From: a virus
Taxonomy: Duplodnaviria > Caudoviricetes
Direction: 5' to 3' (one strand)
Virus record (IMG/VR): IMGVR_UViG_651703002_000001
Location: 32,001 to 96,000 of that record
Length of the DNA stretch: 64,000 nucleotides
A model generated the notes under the pieces. That model ran no database searches and was not told the origin of the DNA. It worked only from the letters and a program-made list of their open reading frames with translations. The translations under genes were made by a program, and so were the position numbers. This document shows, one piece after another, positions 62,171 to 64,000 of the stretch (positions within the stretch are counted from its first letter, which is position 1; every line of letters begins with the position of its first letter).

Positions 62171-64000
62171 TTAGTTAATACTAACAGTTGCACCACTAAG
62201 TTCAGTTGTACCCTGAGAAGGAATAAGGCGATTGAGCAGCCTGTGATTTGTAACTACCTGCCACAGTAACATCATAATCACCCAACACGTTTAAAGACAT
62301 ATCGCCTTCAACATTTTGATTACAATTACCTTGAACAGTAGCAGTCAAATTTACTTTCTACTTCACTACCCACATTCCCCCCAACAGACATAGTAACATC
62401 AACGTCTGTGCGCGATTCTAAGCTACCGTTTATAGTTTGGCTTGGCATTCCCCTTGATTGTCTGGTCAACGTCCCCGTGTATCGTCTCAGACACGTTTCC
62501 TTTGACAACCTGAGTTAGATTACCATCCACTTGTTGTAAACAATTACCCATAACGTATACAGTTGCATTACCTTCAACTACAACTTGATAATCCCCTTTG
62601 ACGTTGACCAATTTATTAGCCATATCAATAGTAAAATCATCACCATATACTTTATTTAATTGACGACCATCACCAGAAACCTCTAAAAAAGTTCCAGATG
62701 GATGTTTCAAATGATAACGTTCCGCACCGGGAGTATCGTCAAATTCTTGAACATGACCGCTCTCCGATTCATATACATGATTATATGGATATTGTGCATT
62801 GTAAGAACTTTTAGGTTCTTCAAATAGCAATCCATCATCTCTAGGGACCGGTGGAACTGACGGATCATCAGGGTCTGTTTCTGCTAATGGTGTTGGGGCA
62901 GGAGCCGCAGAAAATGAACGAAGCATAGTTCTTCCCATTCTCATAGGAATCGGCAACTCTGGTTCTTCTTTAACCATAACCCCATAAGATTCTAAGTTTC
63001 CGGTTAATACGATTCTAGCGACTCTATTTGCTCGACCCGGCGTTTGTTTTGCCCATAACGAGTCCAACATACCAAGTTGAGCTTCTTTCCAACGTTCATT
63101 ATACATATGATCTAGCGTAGTTCTAAACTTTGAAAGACCACCCGCACCCATTTGGAAAGCCATATTTTCAAGAGCCATCTGACGAGAACGGTTTACTTTA
63201 ATATATACCTGTCGGATATTTTCAAATCTCAACATATCAGCTCGGGTTTTATTAATATCACTAGAAAATAAAGTTGATACTTCTTCGGCAGTAATAACTC
63301 CATTTACTTGTCTGCCTAATTGCTGAGATAATATTGAGTTGATTCTACCCATATCTCGGGTTTTTTCAAATATTATTAAATGACCAATACCTACAGTTGG
63401 ATATCCAAGATGATCCCAATATACGTCATTTCTAACGCCTTCATCACCTTTAAGCATTTCCTCAATTGTGAAATCTGGATTATCATCAGGTTTAACATCT
63501 GCAATATCTCGGTCATCAGGGGCAACTGCAACCGTTGTATTTTCGTCTTGGGTATAAACCCCAATAGGTTTTCCACCATACGATGGCGGTGATGAACCGT
63601 TTATACTATTACCCTTCTGACCGCCCCCAGCAAGGATATTAACATCATTACCGATATAACGTGGAAACCTACCAAATGGATCACAAAACCCTCTAAGGGT
63701 GTTTGGTTTTTCAGTATAGGAACCGGGAATACTAAACAATATCAATCCGTCCTGACGAAATGCGTCTCTAAACACCCCCATAACCCACGTACCCTCAACT
63801 AGGTTAGTTGGGCTATGACCTATACCGGAAATAGATGCGGAATCCGTAGAAGTGGCGGCATGGAACCATAACAGTTCTTCGGTGGGTATACCTACCATAT
63901 CACTTTTAGATTTTTGGTCAGTATGTATACCAAATACCCTTACTCTATATCTTCCTTGGTGAAGAGGATCGAATCGATCCTCAACTACCCCATAGAAAAA
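62171..64000 (-). CDS. gp5: baseplate hub / tail lysozyme gp5 (5' end off window; frameshifts in the beta-helix region)
   Basis: FYGVVEDR.DP...GR.RVRVFG OB-fold; lysozyme DEGVR..VYWD..GYPTVGIGH; YPYNHV.ESESGH.QEFDDTPG; VxG repeats ending 62171. Confidence 0.96.

Overview
64 kb of a large T4-like (Tevenvirinae/Straboviridae-type) myophage genome. The CTAAATA late-promoter variant and gene content point to an Aeromonas Aeh1/65-like phage, but host and species cannot be proven from sequence alone. The minus strand carries the virion module (gp5, 5.1, PAAR 5.4, gp25, gp6-12, wac, gp13-24), uvsW, gp34, gp35 and a partial nrdA. The plus strand carries replication/recombination genes (rnh, dsbA, 33, 59, 32, 30.2, DNA ligase, dda, uvsY, rnlB, inh) and accessory ORFs. 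Many essential genes contain single-base indels, so the sequence looks draft quality. No tRNA, rRNA or CRISPR was seen. Most interesting observations: (1) a 102-aa ORF wedged between the terminase genes that aligns by eye to gp17's own ATPase core but with dead Walker A/B motifs (possible pseudo-terminase/decoy); (2) a ~110-bp non-coding element present twice in inverted orientation, with an AT-rich palindrome, covarying GNA mini-hairpins and a downstream promoter (origin-like); (3) a doubled-length fibritin with four foldon motifs followed by a lectin/Ig tip protein; (4) a 1261-aa gp35 with three lectin-like repeats and no gp36-38 after it; (5) accessory LprI-like, SLOG, RyR-domain and PTH2-like genes. 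All protein-family calls are from motif recognition by eye, not database searches.
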